Shown here one piece after another: positions 8,400-19,559 of a stretch of DNA of 64,000 nt (within the stretch, counting starts at the first letter, position 1; each line of letters starts with the position of its first letter). This stretch comes from an uncultured Acidobacteriota bacterium (GTDB lineage: Bacteria; Acidobacteriota; Thermoanaerobaculia; Multivoradales; UBA5704). The stretch lies in assembly GCA_963770895.1 (NCBI GenBank), contig CAVYRF010000002.1:1184001-1248000 (forward strand), read 5' to 3'. The translations under genes were made by a program, and so were the position numbers. Under the pieces are notes generated by a model. It was not told the DNA's origin. It saw only the letters and a program-made list of their open reading frames with translations, and made no database searches.

Positions 8400-10201
8400 G
8401 CTTCCTCCCAGGTGCGCATGGCGGCGATCGCCTGCTGCGCCGTGGTCACCCGCCGCAGCTGGGCGCGGAGCTCGGACTGCCGGAACATCCGCGCCGCCGT
8501 CGCCAGCAGCTGCAGGCAGCCCTCCGGCCGCCGGTCCGGGCAAAGGAACAGAAAGACCTGCTCCATGGTGCCGGCGCCGGCGGCAGCTGAACCCGCCGAG
8601 CCGGCGGCGCCGGCGAGCCCGCCGCGCAACAGCCCCAGGGCGACGCGCGGCGCGTGCAGATCGGGGATGCGCACGTGCGGCATGGCGATCCCCTCGGCCA
8701 GGAAGGTGGACGCCTCCTGTTCGCGGCGATCGAGCAGGCGCAGGATGTCGGCGCTGGTCAGACGCTGCTGCTGGCCGCCCAGCAGGTCCACCAGCACGCG
8801 CAGCAGGTCCTGCTTGGCGACCGGCCGGTCGAAAAACGCCACGGCGTCGGGCTGCAGCAGGTCGGACATCCGCATGCGGCCGCTCCCCGCGGCTGCCGCG
8901 CCCGCCGCGCCCGGCGCCCTCGGCGGGTTCGCCAGCACCGACCACCCGGCGAGCGCCGCATGGCGCGACGGCAGGGAGACCACCGGCGCCGCCGCGGCCA
9001 CGGCCGCATCGCCGTCGCCCGCCGCCGCCGCCCCGGCGCCGCCGCCCGCGGCATCCAGACGCTCGCGCACTCCGGCCTCGTCCACCACCACCACGGCCAG
9101 CTTGTCGCCGCCGGCGATCAGGCGCTCGACCGGCGTGCGGCGGCCGAGCAGGCGCTGCCACCAGGGCAGCTCGCCCGGCCGGCCGACCACCACGTGGCCG
9201 ACGTGGTACTCGCGCGCGAAGCGCAGGATGGTGTCGGCGATGTCCTCGCCCTTGAAGGTGAACACCACCGCGCCCAGCTGGTGCGCCAGCGCCAGCGTGT
9301 CGGCCAGGCGGCGGCGGGTTTCGGCGTCCAGGCGCGCCGGGTCCTCGCTCGCGGTCTGCACGTAGAGCGCGTACCAGGTGCGGTTCAGCTTGCCGGCAAA
9401 GCGCGAGGCGTAGCGCAGCAGCGACGGCGCATCCGGGCTGCGCGACGACAGGCAGACGACCACCTGGTCGGGGGCCTGCACGGCCGACTCGCCGGGCGTG
9501 CGCCGCGACCGGCGCTCGATGATCGAGGCGATCTCCCGCAAGGTCAGCTCGCGCAGCTGCTCCAGGTTCGCCTTGCGGAAGAAGTTGTCGAGCGCCGCCG
9601 GCACCTGCTCGGCGGCATAGACGCGCCCCTCCTCCAGCCGCCGCCGCAGGTCCTCGGGCGCCAGGTCGACGTTGACGATCTGGTCGGCGTCGGCGATCAC
9701 CCAGTCCGGCAGGCGCTCCTTGACCTTGACCCCGATCAGCCGCTCCACCGTGTCGTACAGACTTTCCAGGTGCTGCACGTTGAGCGTCGTCACGACGTGG
9801 ATGCCCGCCGCCAGCACCTCCAGGACGTCCTGGTAGCGCTTGGTGTTGGTGCTGCCCGGCACGTCGGTGTGCGCCAGCTCGTCGATCAGCGCCACCTCGG
9901 GGCTGCGCTCGAGCAGCGCCGCCAGATCCAGCTCGCGCAGGTCGACGCCGCGATATTGGATGGTGCGCGGCGGCACTTCGGGCAGCCCCAGGCAGAGCGA
10001 TTCGGTATCCACCCGGTTGTGGGTTTCGACGATGCCCACCACCACGTCGACGCCCTGCGACTTGAGGCGGTGGCCCTCCAGCAGCATCTGGTAGGTCTTG
10101 CCGACGCCCGGCCCGTACCCCAGGTAGACCTTCAGCCGCCCGCGGCGCGAGCGGTGGATGAGGTGCAGGAAGCTTTCGGGCGTCGGCGGCGGCGCGGTCA
10201 T
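8378..10201 (-). CDS. kdpD: Soluble KdpD N-terminal domain + Usp domain + PTS EIIA (Ntr/Fru-type) fusion
   Basis: RGRLKVYLGYGPGVGKTYQML (Walker A), VVVGIVETH, DELAHT, TTLNVQHLESL; Usp segment VVVCLSS...VVVGRP; C-terminal LDRREQEASTFLAEGIAMPH. No TM or kinase domain. ATGA overlap with kdpC. Confidence 0.85.
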   Translation of the reverse strand: MTAPPPTPESFLHLIHRSRRGRLKVYLGYGPGVGKTYQMLLEGHRLKSQGVDVVVGIVETHNRVDTESLCLGLPEVPPRTIQYRGVDLRELDLAALLERSPEVALIDELAHTDVPGSTNTKRYQDVLEVLAAGIHVVTTLNVQHLESLYDTVERLIGVKVKERLPDWVIADADQIVNVDLAPEDLRRRLEEGRVYAAEQVPAALDNFFRKANLEQLRELTLREIASIIERRSRRTPGESAVQAPDQVVVCLSSRSPDAPSLLRYASRFAGKLNRTWYALYVQTASEDPARLDAETRRRLADTLALAHQLGAVVFTFKGEDIADTILRFAREYHVGHVVVGRPGELPWWQRLLGRRTPVERLIAGGDKLAVVVVDEAGVRERLDAAGGGAGAAAAGDGDAAVAAAAPVVSLPSRHAALAGWSVLANPPRAPGAAGAAAAGSGRMRMSDLLQPDAVAFFDRPVAKQDLLRVLVDLLGGQQQRLTSADILRLLDRREQEASTFLAEGIAMPHVRIPDLHAPRVALGLLRGGLAGAAGSAGSAAAGAGTMEQVFLFLCPDRRPEGCLQLLATAARMFRQSELRAQLRRVTTAQQAIAAMRTWEEAQETRME

Positions 10202-10821
10202 GGGTGGGCGGCGGCGGTGGCGGCTGGCGGCGGCGATGGCGGCGGCAGCGGGCGGGTTTCGTCCAGATCCAGGTTGAGCGGCAGCACCGCCACCCGCGGC
10301 TCGCCGAAGATCCCCCACTGGCGCCCCTCGGTGTGGCGGCGCACCAGCTGGCGCACCACCTCTTCGGGCATGGCGCGCTCGGCGGCGACGCGCGGCACCT
10401 GGAAGTCGGCCGCGGCCGGCGTCAGGTGCGGATCCAGACCCGAGCCCGACGAGGTGACCAGGTCGACCGGCACCGCCACGCCCGGCCGTTCGGCGCGCGC
10501 CGCCGCCGCCGCGGCGCCCACCTGGTCGACCACCAGCTTGCGGCTGGTCGGCCCCAGGTTGGTGCCCCCCGAGGCCAGCGGGTCGTAGCCCGCGCCGGCC
10601 GCCGAGGGGCGCGGATGGAAGTAGCCGCGGCCGGCAAAAGGCTGGCCGAGCAGGCGCGAGCCCACCACGCGGCCGCCGCGCGACACCAGGCTGCCGTGCG
10701 CCTGGTCGGGGAAGAGGAGCTCGGCCAGGCCGGTCACCGCCAGCGGGTAGGCCACCCCGAGCAGCAGGGTGAGCGCGACGGTGACCAGGCAGGCCGGAAT
10801 CAGGTGGCGGGTGAGTTTCAT
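10198..10821 (-). CDS. kdpC: K+-transporting ATPase subunit C
   Basis: YPLAVTG, GSRLLGQPF, YFHPRPSA, SGGTNLGP, VTSSGSGLDPH. Confidence 0.96.
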   Translation of the reverse strand: MKLTRHLIPACLVTVALTLLLGVAYPLAVTGLAELLFPDQAHGSLVSRGGRVVGSRLLGQPFAGRGYFHPRPSAAGAGYDPLASGGTNLGPTSRKLVVDQVGAAAAAARAERPGVAVPVDLVTSSGSGLDPHLTPAAADFQVPRVAAERAMPEEVVRQLVRRHTEGRQWGIFGEPRVAVLPLNLDLDETRPLPPPSPPPAATAAAHP

Positions 10822-10837
10822 GGTTCCTCCGGCCGGC

Positions 10838-12961
10838 TCACGCGAGCCCCAGGGCGGCGACCAGCATGTCGATCAGCTTGATGCCGGCGAACGGCGCGAC
10901 GATGCCGCCGAGCCCATAGATCACCAGGTTGCGGCGCAGCAGCGCCGCCGCCCCCAGGGCGCGGTAGCGCACGCCGCGCAGGGCGAGCGGGATGAGGGCG
11001 ACGATGATCAGCGCGTTGAAGATGACCGCCGACAGGATCGCCGATTGCGGCGTCGCCAGGCGCATGAGATTGAGCGCCGCGAGCGGCCCCGCCTGGGCGG
11101 ACGTCGCCACGTACAGGCCCGAAAACATCGCCGGCAGGATGGCGAAGTACTTGGCCACGTCGTTGGCGATCGAAAAGGTGGTCAGGGCGCCGCGCGTCAT
11201 CAGCAGCTGCTTGCCGATCTCGACGATCTCGATCAGCTTGGTCGGGTTGGAGTCCAGGTCCACCATGTTGCCGGCCTCCTTGGCCGCCATGGTGCCGGTG
11301 TTCATCGCCACGCCGACGTCGGCCTGCGCCAGGGCGGGGGCGTCGTTGGTGCCGTCGCCGGTCATCGCCACCAGCTTCCCCAACGCCTGCTCGCGGCGGA
11401 TGAGGTCCATCTTGTCCTGCGGCCGCGCCTGGGCCAGAAAGTCGTCCACCCCCGCCTCGGCGGCGATGGCGGTGGCGGTCAGCGGGTTGTCGCCGGTGAT
11501 CATCACCGTCTTGATGCCCATGCGGCGCAGCTGCTCGAAGCGCTCGCGGATGCCGCCCTTGACGATGTCCTTGAGGAAGATCACCCCCAGGGCGCGCCCG
11601 CCGTCGGCCACCACCAGCGGCGTGCCGCCGGTCTTTGCCACCCGCTCGACCGCCGCCGTCAGGTCGGGCGGCGCCACGCCGCCGCTCGCCGTGACGAACT
11701 GCAGCACGGCGTCGCTGGCCCCCTTGCGGATCTGCCGCCCGGCCAGGTCGACCCCCGACATGCGGGTGTGCGCCGAAAACGGGATGAAGGCGGCATCCGC
11801 CGCCGCCAGCTCGCGGCCGCGCAGGCCATAGCGGTCCTTGGCCAGGACCACGATCGAGCGCCCCTCGGGGGTCTCGTCGGCCAGGCTGGCCAGCTGCGCC
11901 GCGTCGGCCAGCTCGGTTTCGCTCACTCCCGCGAGCGGGATCAGCTCGACCGCCTGCCGGTTGCCCAGGGTGATGGTGCCGGTCTTGTCGAGCAGCAGGG
12001 TGTCCACGTCGCCCGCCGCCTCGACCGCGCGGCCCGACATCGCCAGCACGTTCTGCTGGATCAGGCGATCCATGCCGGCGATGCCGATCGCCGACAGCAG
12101 GCCGCCGATGGTCGTCGGGATCAGGCACACCAGCAGCGCCACCAGCACGGTCACCGACGGCGGCGCCGCGGCGCGGAAGCCCGCCGCCGGCGACGAGGCG
12201 CCGACGCTGTAGAGCGCGAAGGGGAGCAGGCTTGCCACCGCCAGCAGGAAGATGATGGTCAGCCCGGCCAGCAGGATGTTGAGCGCGATCTCGTTGGGAG
12301 TCTTCTGGCGCTCGGCCCCCTCGACCAGGGCGATCATGCGGTCCAGGAAGGTTTCGCCCGGATTGGAGGTGATGCGCACCTTGATCCAGTCCGAGATCAC
12401 CTTGGTGCCGCCGGTCACCGCCGACCGGTCGCCGCCGGATTCGCGGATCACCGGCGCGCTTTCGCCGGTGATGGCGGCCTCGTCCACCGAGGCGACGCCT
12501 TCGACCACCTCGCCGTCGCCCGGAATCAGCTCGCCGGCGCGCACCACCACGACGTCGCCGCGCACCAGGGCCGGCGCCGCCACCTGCTCGGTGCGCAGGC
12601 GGTCGAGCGGCAGCGTCCAGTCGCCGGCGACGCGCTGCGCCACGGTTTCGGTCTTGGCCCGCCGCAGCGTGTCGGCCTGCGCCTTGCCGCGCCCCTCGGC
12701 CATCGCTTCGGCGAAGTTGGCGAACAGCACGGTGAACCACAACCAGATCGTCACCTGGATGGTGAAGCCCAGGTGGGCGGTCTGCCCGGTGGCGACGTCG
12801 CGGCAGATCAGCAGGGTGGTCAACACGCTCCCCACCTCCACCACGAACATCACCGGGTTCTTTGCCACCACGCGCGGATCCAGCTTGCGCCACGCATCCC
12901 CCAGCGCCCGCCGCACGATCGCCGCTTCGAACAGCGGCCGCTTCTGCTCTCTTTCCACCAT
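10838..12961 (-). CDS. kdpB: K+-transporting P-type ATPase subunit B
   Basis: [20 protein letters not shown] phosphorylation motif, [14 protein letters not shown]; start ATG 12961 after GGGAG. Confidence 0.97.
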   Translation of the reverse strand: MVEREQKRPLFEAAIVRRALGDAWRKLDPRVVAKNPVMFVVEVGSVLTTLLICRDVATGQTAHLGFTIQVTIWLWFTVLFANFAEAMAEGRGKAQADTLRRAKTETVAQRVAGDWTLPLDRLRTEQVAAPALVRGDVVVVRAGELIPGDGEVVEGVASVDEAAITGESAPVIRESGGDRSAVTGGTKVISDWIKVRITSNPGETFLDRMIALVEGAERQKTPNEIALNILLAGLTIIFLLAVASLLPFALYSVGASSPAAGFRAAAPPSVTVLVALLVCLIPTTIGGLLSAIGIAGMDRLIQQNVLAMSGRAVEAAGDVDTLLLDKTGTITLGNRQAVELIPLAGVSETELADAAQLASLADETPEGRSIVVLAKDRYGLRGRELAAADAAFIPFSAHTRMSGVDLAGRQIRKGASDAVLQFVTASGGVAPPDLTAAVERVAKTGGTPLVVADGGRALGVIFLKDIVKGGIRERFEQLRRMGIKTVMITGDNPLTATAIAAEAGVDDFLAQARPQDKMDLIRREQALGKLVAMTGDGTNDAPALAQADVGVAMNTGTMAAKEAGNMVDLDSNPTKLIEIVEIGKQLLMTRGALTTFSIANDVAKYFAILPAMFSGLYVATSAQAGPLAALNLMRLATPQSAILSAVIFNALIIVALIPLALRGVRYRALGAAALLRRNLVIYGLGGIVAPFAGIKLIDMLVAALGLA

Positions 12962-12975
12962 GCCAGCTCCCCGTC

Positions 12976-14766
12976 TCAGGCGAACAGCCGCCCGGCGTGC
13001 ATCAGCAGGTGCTCGACGATCGGAGCGAGCGCCAGCACCGGCAGGAACGTCAGGGCGGAAACGATCAGGATGACGCCCAGCAGCAGCGTCACGAACAGCG
13101 GCGTGTGCACCGGGAAGGTCCCGGCCGAAGGCGGCACCGCCTTCTTGGTCGCCAGGTTGCCGGCGATCGCCAGCATCGGCACGATCATCAGGAAGCGCCC
13201 GACCAGCATGGCGGCGCCCAGGGTGAAGTTGTACCAGAGCGTATTGGTGGAAAGGCCGCCGAAGGCGGAGCCGTTGTTGCCGGTCACCGAGGTGAAGGCG
13301 TAGACGATCTCCGCCAAGCCGTGCGGGCCGCCGTTGCCGAGCGGCGCCGTGCCGTAAGGGGTGACGCTCGCCCACGCGGCCAGGACCAGGATCGACAGCG
13401 CGAAGATCAGCGCGTACAGCATCGCCATCTTCACGTCCTTGCCCTCGATCTTCTTGCCCAGGTATTCGGGCGTGCGGCCGACCATCAGGCCGGCGATGAA
13501 CACCGTCAGCACGATCATCACCAGCATCCCGTACATACCGGAGCCGACGCCGCCGAACACCACCTCGCCCAGCATGATGTTGAGCAGCGGCAGGGCGCCG
13601 CCCAGCGGCGTGAACGAATCGTGTTGCGCGTTGACCGCGCCGCAGGACGCATCGGTGGTGACGGTGGCGAAGAGCGCGCTGCCGAAGATGCCGAAGCGCA
13701 CCTCCTTGCCCTCCATGTTGCCGCCGGCCTGCTCGACGCCGCGCGCGTCGGACGGCGCCTGGCTGACGCCCTGGGCGGCAAACTGCGGGTTGCCGGCAGC
13801 CTCGAAGTGATGCACCACCGCGAACCCCGCGAGCATCAGCACGAGCATCGCCGCGAACACCGCCCAGCCGTGCTTCTGGCTGCCGGTCATGCGTCCCAGG
13901 GTGAAGGTGAGGCCGGCCGGGATGGCCAGGATGGCAAGCATTTCGATGAAGTTGGTGAGCGGCGTCGGGTTTTCGTACGGATGCGCCGAGTTGGCGCCGA
14001 AGAAGCCGCCGCCGTTGGTGCCCAGCTCCTTGATGATCTCCTGCGAGGCGACCGGCCCCTGGGCGATCACCTGCTCGGTGTGCGTTGCGACCGTGACCTT
14101 GCCGGCGGCGTCCTTGGATTCGACGCGCTGCGGTTCGAGCAGCTGCGCGTGGGTGTACGGACGCAGGTTCTGCACCACGCCTTGCGACACCAGGAGCAGG
14201 GCGCCGGCGAGCGACAGCGGCAGCAGGACATAAAGGCAACAACGGATCAGGTCGACCCAGAAGTTGCCCACCGTGCGCGCCTCGCGGCGCGCGACGCCGC
14301 GGATGAAAGCGATCGCCAGCGCGATGCCGGTCGCCGCCGAAGCGAAGTTGTGAAACGCCAAGCCGGCCATCTGCGTCAGATAGCTCATCGTCGTTTCGCC
14401 CGCATAGCTCTGCCAGTTGGTGTTGCTGACAAAGCTCGCGGCGGTGTTCCAGGCCAGGTCGGGAGCGACGCCCGGCAGGTGCTGCGGGTTCCAGGGCAGC
14501 CACGCCTGCAACCGCTGCATGGCGTACAGCGCCAGCATGCTGACGCCGGAAAACACCAGCATCGCGGCGCCGTAGTCGGTCCAGCGCTGCTCGGCCGTAT
14601 CGATGCGGCAGATCCGGTACAGCAGGCGCTCGCACCCGCCGAGCGCCGCGCTGGCCCAGGTGCGCTCGCCGGCGAAGACCCGCGTCATGTAGATCCCCAG
14701 GGGCGGCGTGATGGCGATCAACGCCACGACATAGATCGAGAGCTGCACGTAGGATATTGCGCTCAT
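12976..14766 (-). CDS. kdpA: K+-transporting ATPase subunit A
   Basis: [61 protein letters not shown]. Confidence 0.97.
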   Translation of the reverse strand: MSAISYVQLSIYVVALIAITPPLGIYMTRVFAGERTWASAALGGCERLLYRICRIDTAEQRWTDYGAAMLVFSGVSMLALYAMQRLQAWLPWNPQHLPGVAPDLAWNTAASFVSNTNWQSYAGETTMSYLTQMAGLAFHNFASAATGIALAIAFIRGVARREARTVGNFWVDLIRCCLYVLLPLSLAGALLLVSQGVVQNLRPYTHAQLLEPQRVESKDAAGKVTVATHTEQVIAQGPVASQEIIKELGTNGGGFFGANSAHPYENPTPLTNFIEMLAILAIPAGLTFTLGRMTGSQKHGWAVFAAMLVLMLAGFAVVHHFEAAGNPQFAAQGVSQAPSDARGVEQAGGNMEGKEVRFGIFGSALFATVTTDASCGAVNAQHDSFTPLGGALPLLNIMLGEVVFGGVGSGMYGMLVMIVLTVFIAGLMVGRTPEYLGKKIEGKDVKMAMLYALIFALSILVLAAWASVTPYGTAPLGNGGPHGLAEIVYAFTSVTGNNGSAFGGLSTNTLWYNFTLGAAMLVGRFLMIVPMLAIAGNLATKKAVPPSAGTFPVHTPLFVTLLLGVILIVSALTFLPVLALAPIVEHLLMHAGRLFA

Positions 14767-14774
14767 GGCGACGA

Positions 14775-14864
14775 TCAGAACCTCTCGGGTTTCAGCAGCG
14801 CATAGGTGAGGTACACCAGGAGCGCGGCACAGACCAGACCGGACAGCAGGTATTCCCAATTCAT
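14775..14864 (-). CDS. kdpF: K+-transporting ATPase subunit F (29 aa)
   Basis: [29 protein letters not shown], the typical YL.YALL.PE.F ending, directly upstream of kdpA. Confidence 0.93.
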   Translation of the reverse strand: MNWEYLLSGLVCAALLVYLTYALLKPERF

Positions 14865-14892
14865 GGCAGCGGCCTTTCCATGTTGCGCCCGG

Positions 14893-14976
14893 CTAGATGC
14901 GGTCGCAAAAGCGCACGTAGGCCAGGGCCACGGCGAAAAACAGGACGGTTGCGGCAACGGCGATCAGATCGATCAT
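14893..14976 (-). CDS. 27-aa single-TM peptide upstream of kdpF
   Basis: MIDLIAVAATVLFFAVALAYVRFCDRI; RBS AAGGAG; ATGA overlap with the kinase stop. Confidence 0.75.
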   Translation of the reverse strand: MIDLIAVAATVLFFAVALAYVRFCDRI

Positions 14977-16832
14977 GCCTGCTTGTCTCCTTGCGCGACG
15001 GCGGCGGCGCCGGCCGTGGCGGCTGCCGCCGGGACCAGGGTGAACCAGAACGTTGCGCCGGCGCCGGGCGCGCTTTCGACGCCGATGACGCCGCCGTGGG
15101 CGTGCACCACCTCCTGCGCTATCGCCAGGCCGAGGCCGGCGCCCTCGACGCTGCCGGGGACCTGGAAGAAGCGTTCGAACACACGCACCAGGTGCTCTTC
15201 GGCGATGCCGGCGCCGCTGTCGGTGACGGCGAAGCGCACCATGGCGTCGCGCGGCTCCGCCTTCACCACCACGGCGCCGCCGGCCGGGGTGTACTGCAAG
15301 GCGTTGGCGAGCAGGTTGCCCAGCACCAGCTGGGCGCGCACCGGGTCGGCCATGACCCGCGGCACGTCCGGCGCCAGCTCCAGGCTCACCTTCACCCCGC
15401 GGTCGGCAAACCGCGAGCGCAGCGGCGCCAGCGACAGCTCGATCAGGTCGCGCGGCGCGAGCGGCTCCAGGCTGAGGCTCTGGCTCCCCGACTCGTAGCG
15501 CGCGATCTCCAGCAGGTTCACCAGGATCTGGCGCAGCCGTTCGGCGTCGTCGCGCGCCGCCACCAGCAGCTCGGTCTGCTGCACGGTGAGCACGCCCAGG
15601 CGCTCCTCGAGCAGGATGTGCAGCGCCATCTGCAGCGAGGTCAGCGGCGTGCGCAGCTCGTGCGAGACGGTCGAAAGCAGGCCGCTCTTCATCTCGTCGA
15701 TGCGGCGCAGGTTGGTGATGTCGGACAGGATGACGGTGATGCCGGCCAGGCTGCCGCCGGCGCCGTGCACCGCCACCGCGTGCGGCAGGTAGAACCGCTC
15801 TTCGCCGTCGTGGAAGATCTGGCGCGCCGCCTCGTAGCCGCGGTCGGGCAGAACTCCCGAGCGCGCCGCCTCCTGCATCAGGTGCGGCAGCCAATCGTCG
15901 TGGCGCGCCGGCGCCGGTTCGCCCGGCCGCAGCCCAAGGATCGACACCGCGGTGCGGTTGGCCAGCTCCACCGTCAGCTCGGGCGAGAACACCGCCACCG
16001 CGTCCGGCAGGCTGTCGATCGCCAGCTGCGACGTCTGCTCGGCCCGGCGCAGGCGGTCGGTGTCGCTGCGGCGCAGCTCGCGCAGGTGCCCGGCCATGGC
16101 GTTGAAGGCGGTCGCCAGCTGGCCCATTTCGTCCCGCTTGTCGACCCGCAGCACCAGGTCCAGGTTGCCGCGCTCCACCTCGCGCACGTACGCCGTCAGC
16201 CGCGACAGCGGCAGCAGGATGGCCCGGCTGAGGAACCACACGCAGCCGATCGCCAGCGCCACCCCCAGCAGCAACAGCAGCACCATGCGGCGGATCGCCA
16301 GCGCCGCCAGCGCCCGCGAGTGGGCGTTGGCCAGCACGATCGCGTCCTGGTTCATCTGCTGCACCCCGTCGGCCGCCGCCTTGATCTGCTGGAACAGCGG
16401 CAGCAGGCGGTCGAAATAGAGGCCGCGCCGCAGGGCGAGCGGCCGCCCGCCGTCCAGCACCTGCGCCAGGATCGCCGGATACCCCGCGTACAGGTCGCGG
16501 ATGCGGAACGCCTCGGGGCCTTCGCCGGGCAGGGTGATGTTGCGCAGCTCCGCGTCCAGCGCCTTCTGGAAGCGCGGCATGTGCAGCGCCGCCAGCGCCT
16601 GGCCCTGCCGCGCGTCGCCCGCCAGGGCGAACAGCGCGCCGCTGTCGAGCCGCTCCAGCGCCTCCTTCATCTGCTGGCAGGCCACCACGCTGTCGTAGTT
16701 TTCGCGCAGGATCACGTCGATCGAGCCGCCCAGCCGCGACAGCCAGACCGTGCTCTGCAACCCCACCCAGACGAGCAGCAGCAGCAGGCCGCCGAACCCC
16801 AGCCCCAGCTTGGTCCGCAAACTAGCCTGCAT
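14973..16832 (-). CDS. Membrane sensor histidine kinase (periplasmic helical sensor, HAMP, PAS-like, HisKA, HATPase), KinB-like
   Basis: Two TM helices, HAMP DEMGQLATAFNAM, H-box VSHELRTPLTS, NLLANA, DSGAGI, GAGLGLAI. Start moved to ATG 16832, downstream of the sigma-54 promoter. Confidence 0.92.
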   Translation of the reverse strand: MQASLRTKLGLGFGGLLLLLVWVGLQSTVWLSRLGGSIDVILRENYDSVVACQQMKEALERLDSGALFALAGDARQGQALAALHMPRFQKALDAELRNITLPGEGPEAFRIRDLYAGYPAILAQVLDGGRPLALRRGLYFDRLLPLFQQIKAAADGVQQMNQDAIVLANAHSRALAALAIRRMVLLLLLGVALAIGCVWFLSRAILLPLSRLTAYVREVERGNLDLVLRVDKRDEMGQLATAFNAMAGHLRELRRSDTDRLRRAEQTSQLAIDSLPDAVAVFSPELTVELANRTAVSILGLRPGEPAPARHDDWLPHLMQEAARSGVLPDRGYEAARQIFHDGEERFYLPHAVAVHGAGGSLAGITVILSDITNLRRIDEMKSGLLSTVSHELRTPLTSLQMALHILLEERLGVLTVQQTELLVAARDDAERLRQILVNLLEIARYESGSQSLSLEPLAPRDLIELSLAPLRSRFADRGVKVSLELAPDVPRVMADPVRAQLVLGNLLANALQYTPAGGAVVVKAEPRDAMVRFAVTDSGAGIAEEHLVRVFERFFQVPGSVEGAGLGLAIAQEVVHAHGGVIGVESAPGAGATFWFTLVPAAAATAGAAAVAQGDKQA

Positions 16833-16862
16833 GGCCCGTTGTCCGCATGGAGCTCCCTTCAC

Positions 16863-16878
16863 TGCAGGCGAGGTGCCA
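16863..16878 (-). promoter_or_regulatory. Sigma-54 (-24/-12) promoter of the kinase-kdpFABC-kdpD operon
   Basis: TGGCACCTCGCCTGCA = TGGCAC-N5-(C)TGCA with exact GG-N10-GC spacing. Confidence 0.85.
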
Positions 16879-17044
16879 CACGGCGCCGCGGCCCCGGGCG
16901 GCGCCCCTCAGGTTCCAGGCGCGGGGCACCAATACACGGCAGCAAAAGGGGTTAAGCACCGGAGTTCAGGTTGCCGCGGCGGCGGCGGGCGAGCGGCGCC
17001 AAGGCCGCCGGACGCTCCCCGGCGGCCTGCGCACAGGCCCGATG

Positions 17045-17090
17045 ATTGCAAAATGCAATGCCCCGGAACGCCCGCTGTTGCAGGCTGCAC
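17045..17090. promoter_or_regulatory. Paired palindromic upstream activator sites (TTGCA-N3-TGCA)
   Basis: ATTGCAAAATGCAAT (17045-17059) and TTGCAGGCTGCAC (17078-17090), centres 32 bp apart, about 170-210 bp upstream of the sigma-54 promoter. Confidence 0.75.
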
Positions 17091-17105
17091 GGCAGCTGGG
17101 GCTGC

Positions 17106-18539
<1,434 letters not shown>

Positions 18540-18588
18540 CCGATCGCCTCTCCGCCCCGAACACCCGCCAGGAAGCCTGGCGCTGGCG

Positions 18589-19458
18589 CTAGCGTGCCAA
18601 CGGGCGCTCCGCGGCGCCTTCGATGTTGAGGGTCTTGGGGTCTTGCAGGAAGGCGACCACTTCGAAAGGGCCCTTCCAGGTGGGATCGATGGTCAGCTCC
18701 ACCTTGTCGGATTTCTCGGAGCCGGCGGTCTCCTTCAGGTTGAACGCCTTGACCAGCTGCCGCACCACGTGGTCGTCGTGCAGGGTCATCGAGGCGTTCT
18801 CGCCGCCCCGCACCGCGGTCGTCAGGTTGTTTTCGGTCAGCGCCACCCACACTTCCAAGCCGTGGGACACCGGCCGCAGCAGGCGGGCCGACACCACGAC
18901 GCGGGACTTGCCGCCGCCGGTGGCCGGCAGGGGCTTTTCGGGCGCCGAGACGGTCACCTCGCCGGCCGGCGGGTTGGCCAGCGCCGCGCTGATCAGGCTG
19001 GCGACTTCAGGCTCCTTCGAGCCGACGCATTCGGTGCGCCCGTTGACCACCAGCTGCGGCGTGTAGATGTTGTCGGAGCGGAAGAGCGTCTTGTCGTAGG
19101 CCACCTGACGCTTCGACCAGGCCGCCGACGAGAAGGGGTCGAACCAGCCCTGGTGGTTCCAGTAGTCGACGTGGAAGCCGAGCGGGATGACCTTGACGCC
19201 GCCCAGGTTCGGGTCCTGGCCGAGCTTGGCCAGCAGGTGGTCCGCCGGCGGGCAGCTGGCGCATCCCTGCGAGGTGAACATTTCGACGACGATCGGCCCG
19301 CCACCGCCGCCGGCGGGAGTTGCCGCGGCAGGCGCCGGAGCGGCGGCGCCCGCGGATTGCGCCGCTTTCGCCAGGCCCGGAACACCAATTGCGATGACAC
19401 CTGCGACCGTCGCTGCCATTCCGAGAATCATGAATCGTTTCGCCAGCATCAGGGACAT
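18589..19458 (-). CDS. DUF1223 secreted thioredoxin-like protein
   Basis: Signal peptide; VVEMFTSQGCASCPPAD, FHVDYWN, YTPQLVVNG, RGGEN. GGAGG RBS before ATG 19458. Confidence 0.88.
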   Translation of the reverse strand: MSLMLAKRFMILGMAATVAGVIAIGVPGLAKAAQSAGAAAPAPAAATPAGGGGGPIVVEMFTSQGCASCPPADHLLAKLGQDPNLGGVKVIPLGFHVDYWNHQGWFDPFSSAAWSKRQVAYDKTLFRSDNIYTPQLVVNGRTECVGSKEPEVASLISAALANPPAGEVTVSAPEKPLPATGGGKSRVVVSARLLRPVSHGLEVWVALTENNLTTAVRGGENASMTLHDDHVVRQLVKAFNLKETAGSEKSDKVELTIDPTWKGPFEVVAFLQDPKTLNIEGAAERPLAR

Positions 19459-19501
19459 CAGAACCTCCATTTGTGGCCGTCAGAGCGCCACCCTTGCTGG
19501 C

Positions 19502-19507
19502 ATTATA
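19502..19507 (-). promoter_or_regulatory. Sigma-70-type -10 box upstream of the DUF1223 and response regulator genes
   Basis: Perfect TATAAT on the minus strand in a GC-rich intergenic gap, about 45 nt before the start; no clear -35. Confidence 0.55.
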
Positions 19508-19559
19508 CGTCCGGTGCGGCGCGGCGGTTCTCGCCGCGCCGCAATCGCAACGACGGTAT

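Noticed and set aside
10838-14635. 1265-aa extended KdpB ORF
   Set aside because: The N-terminal ~560 aa is an off-frame read through kdpA; kdpB starts at 12961 with its own RBS.
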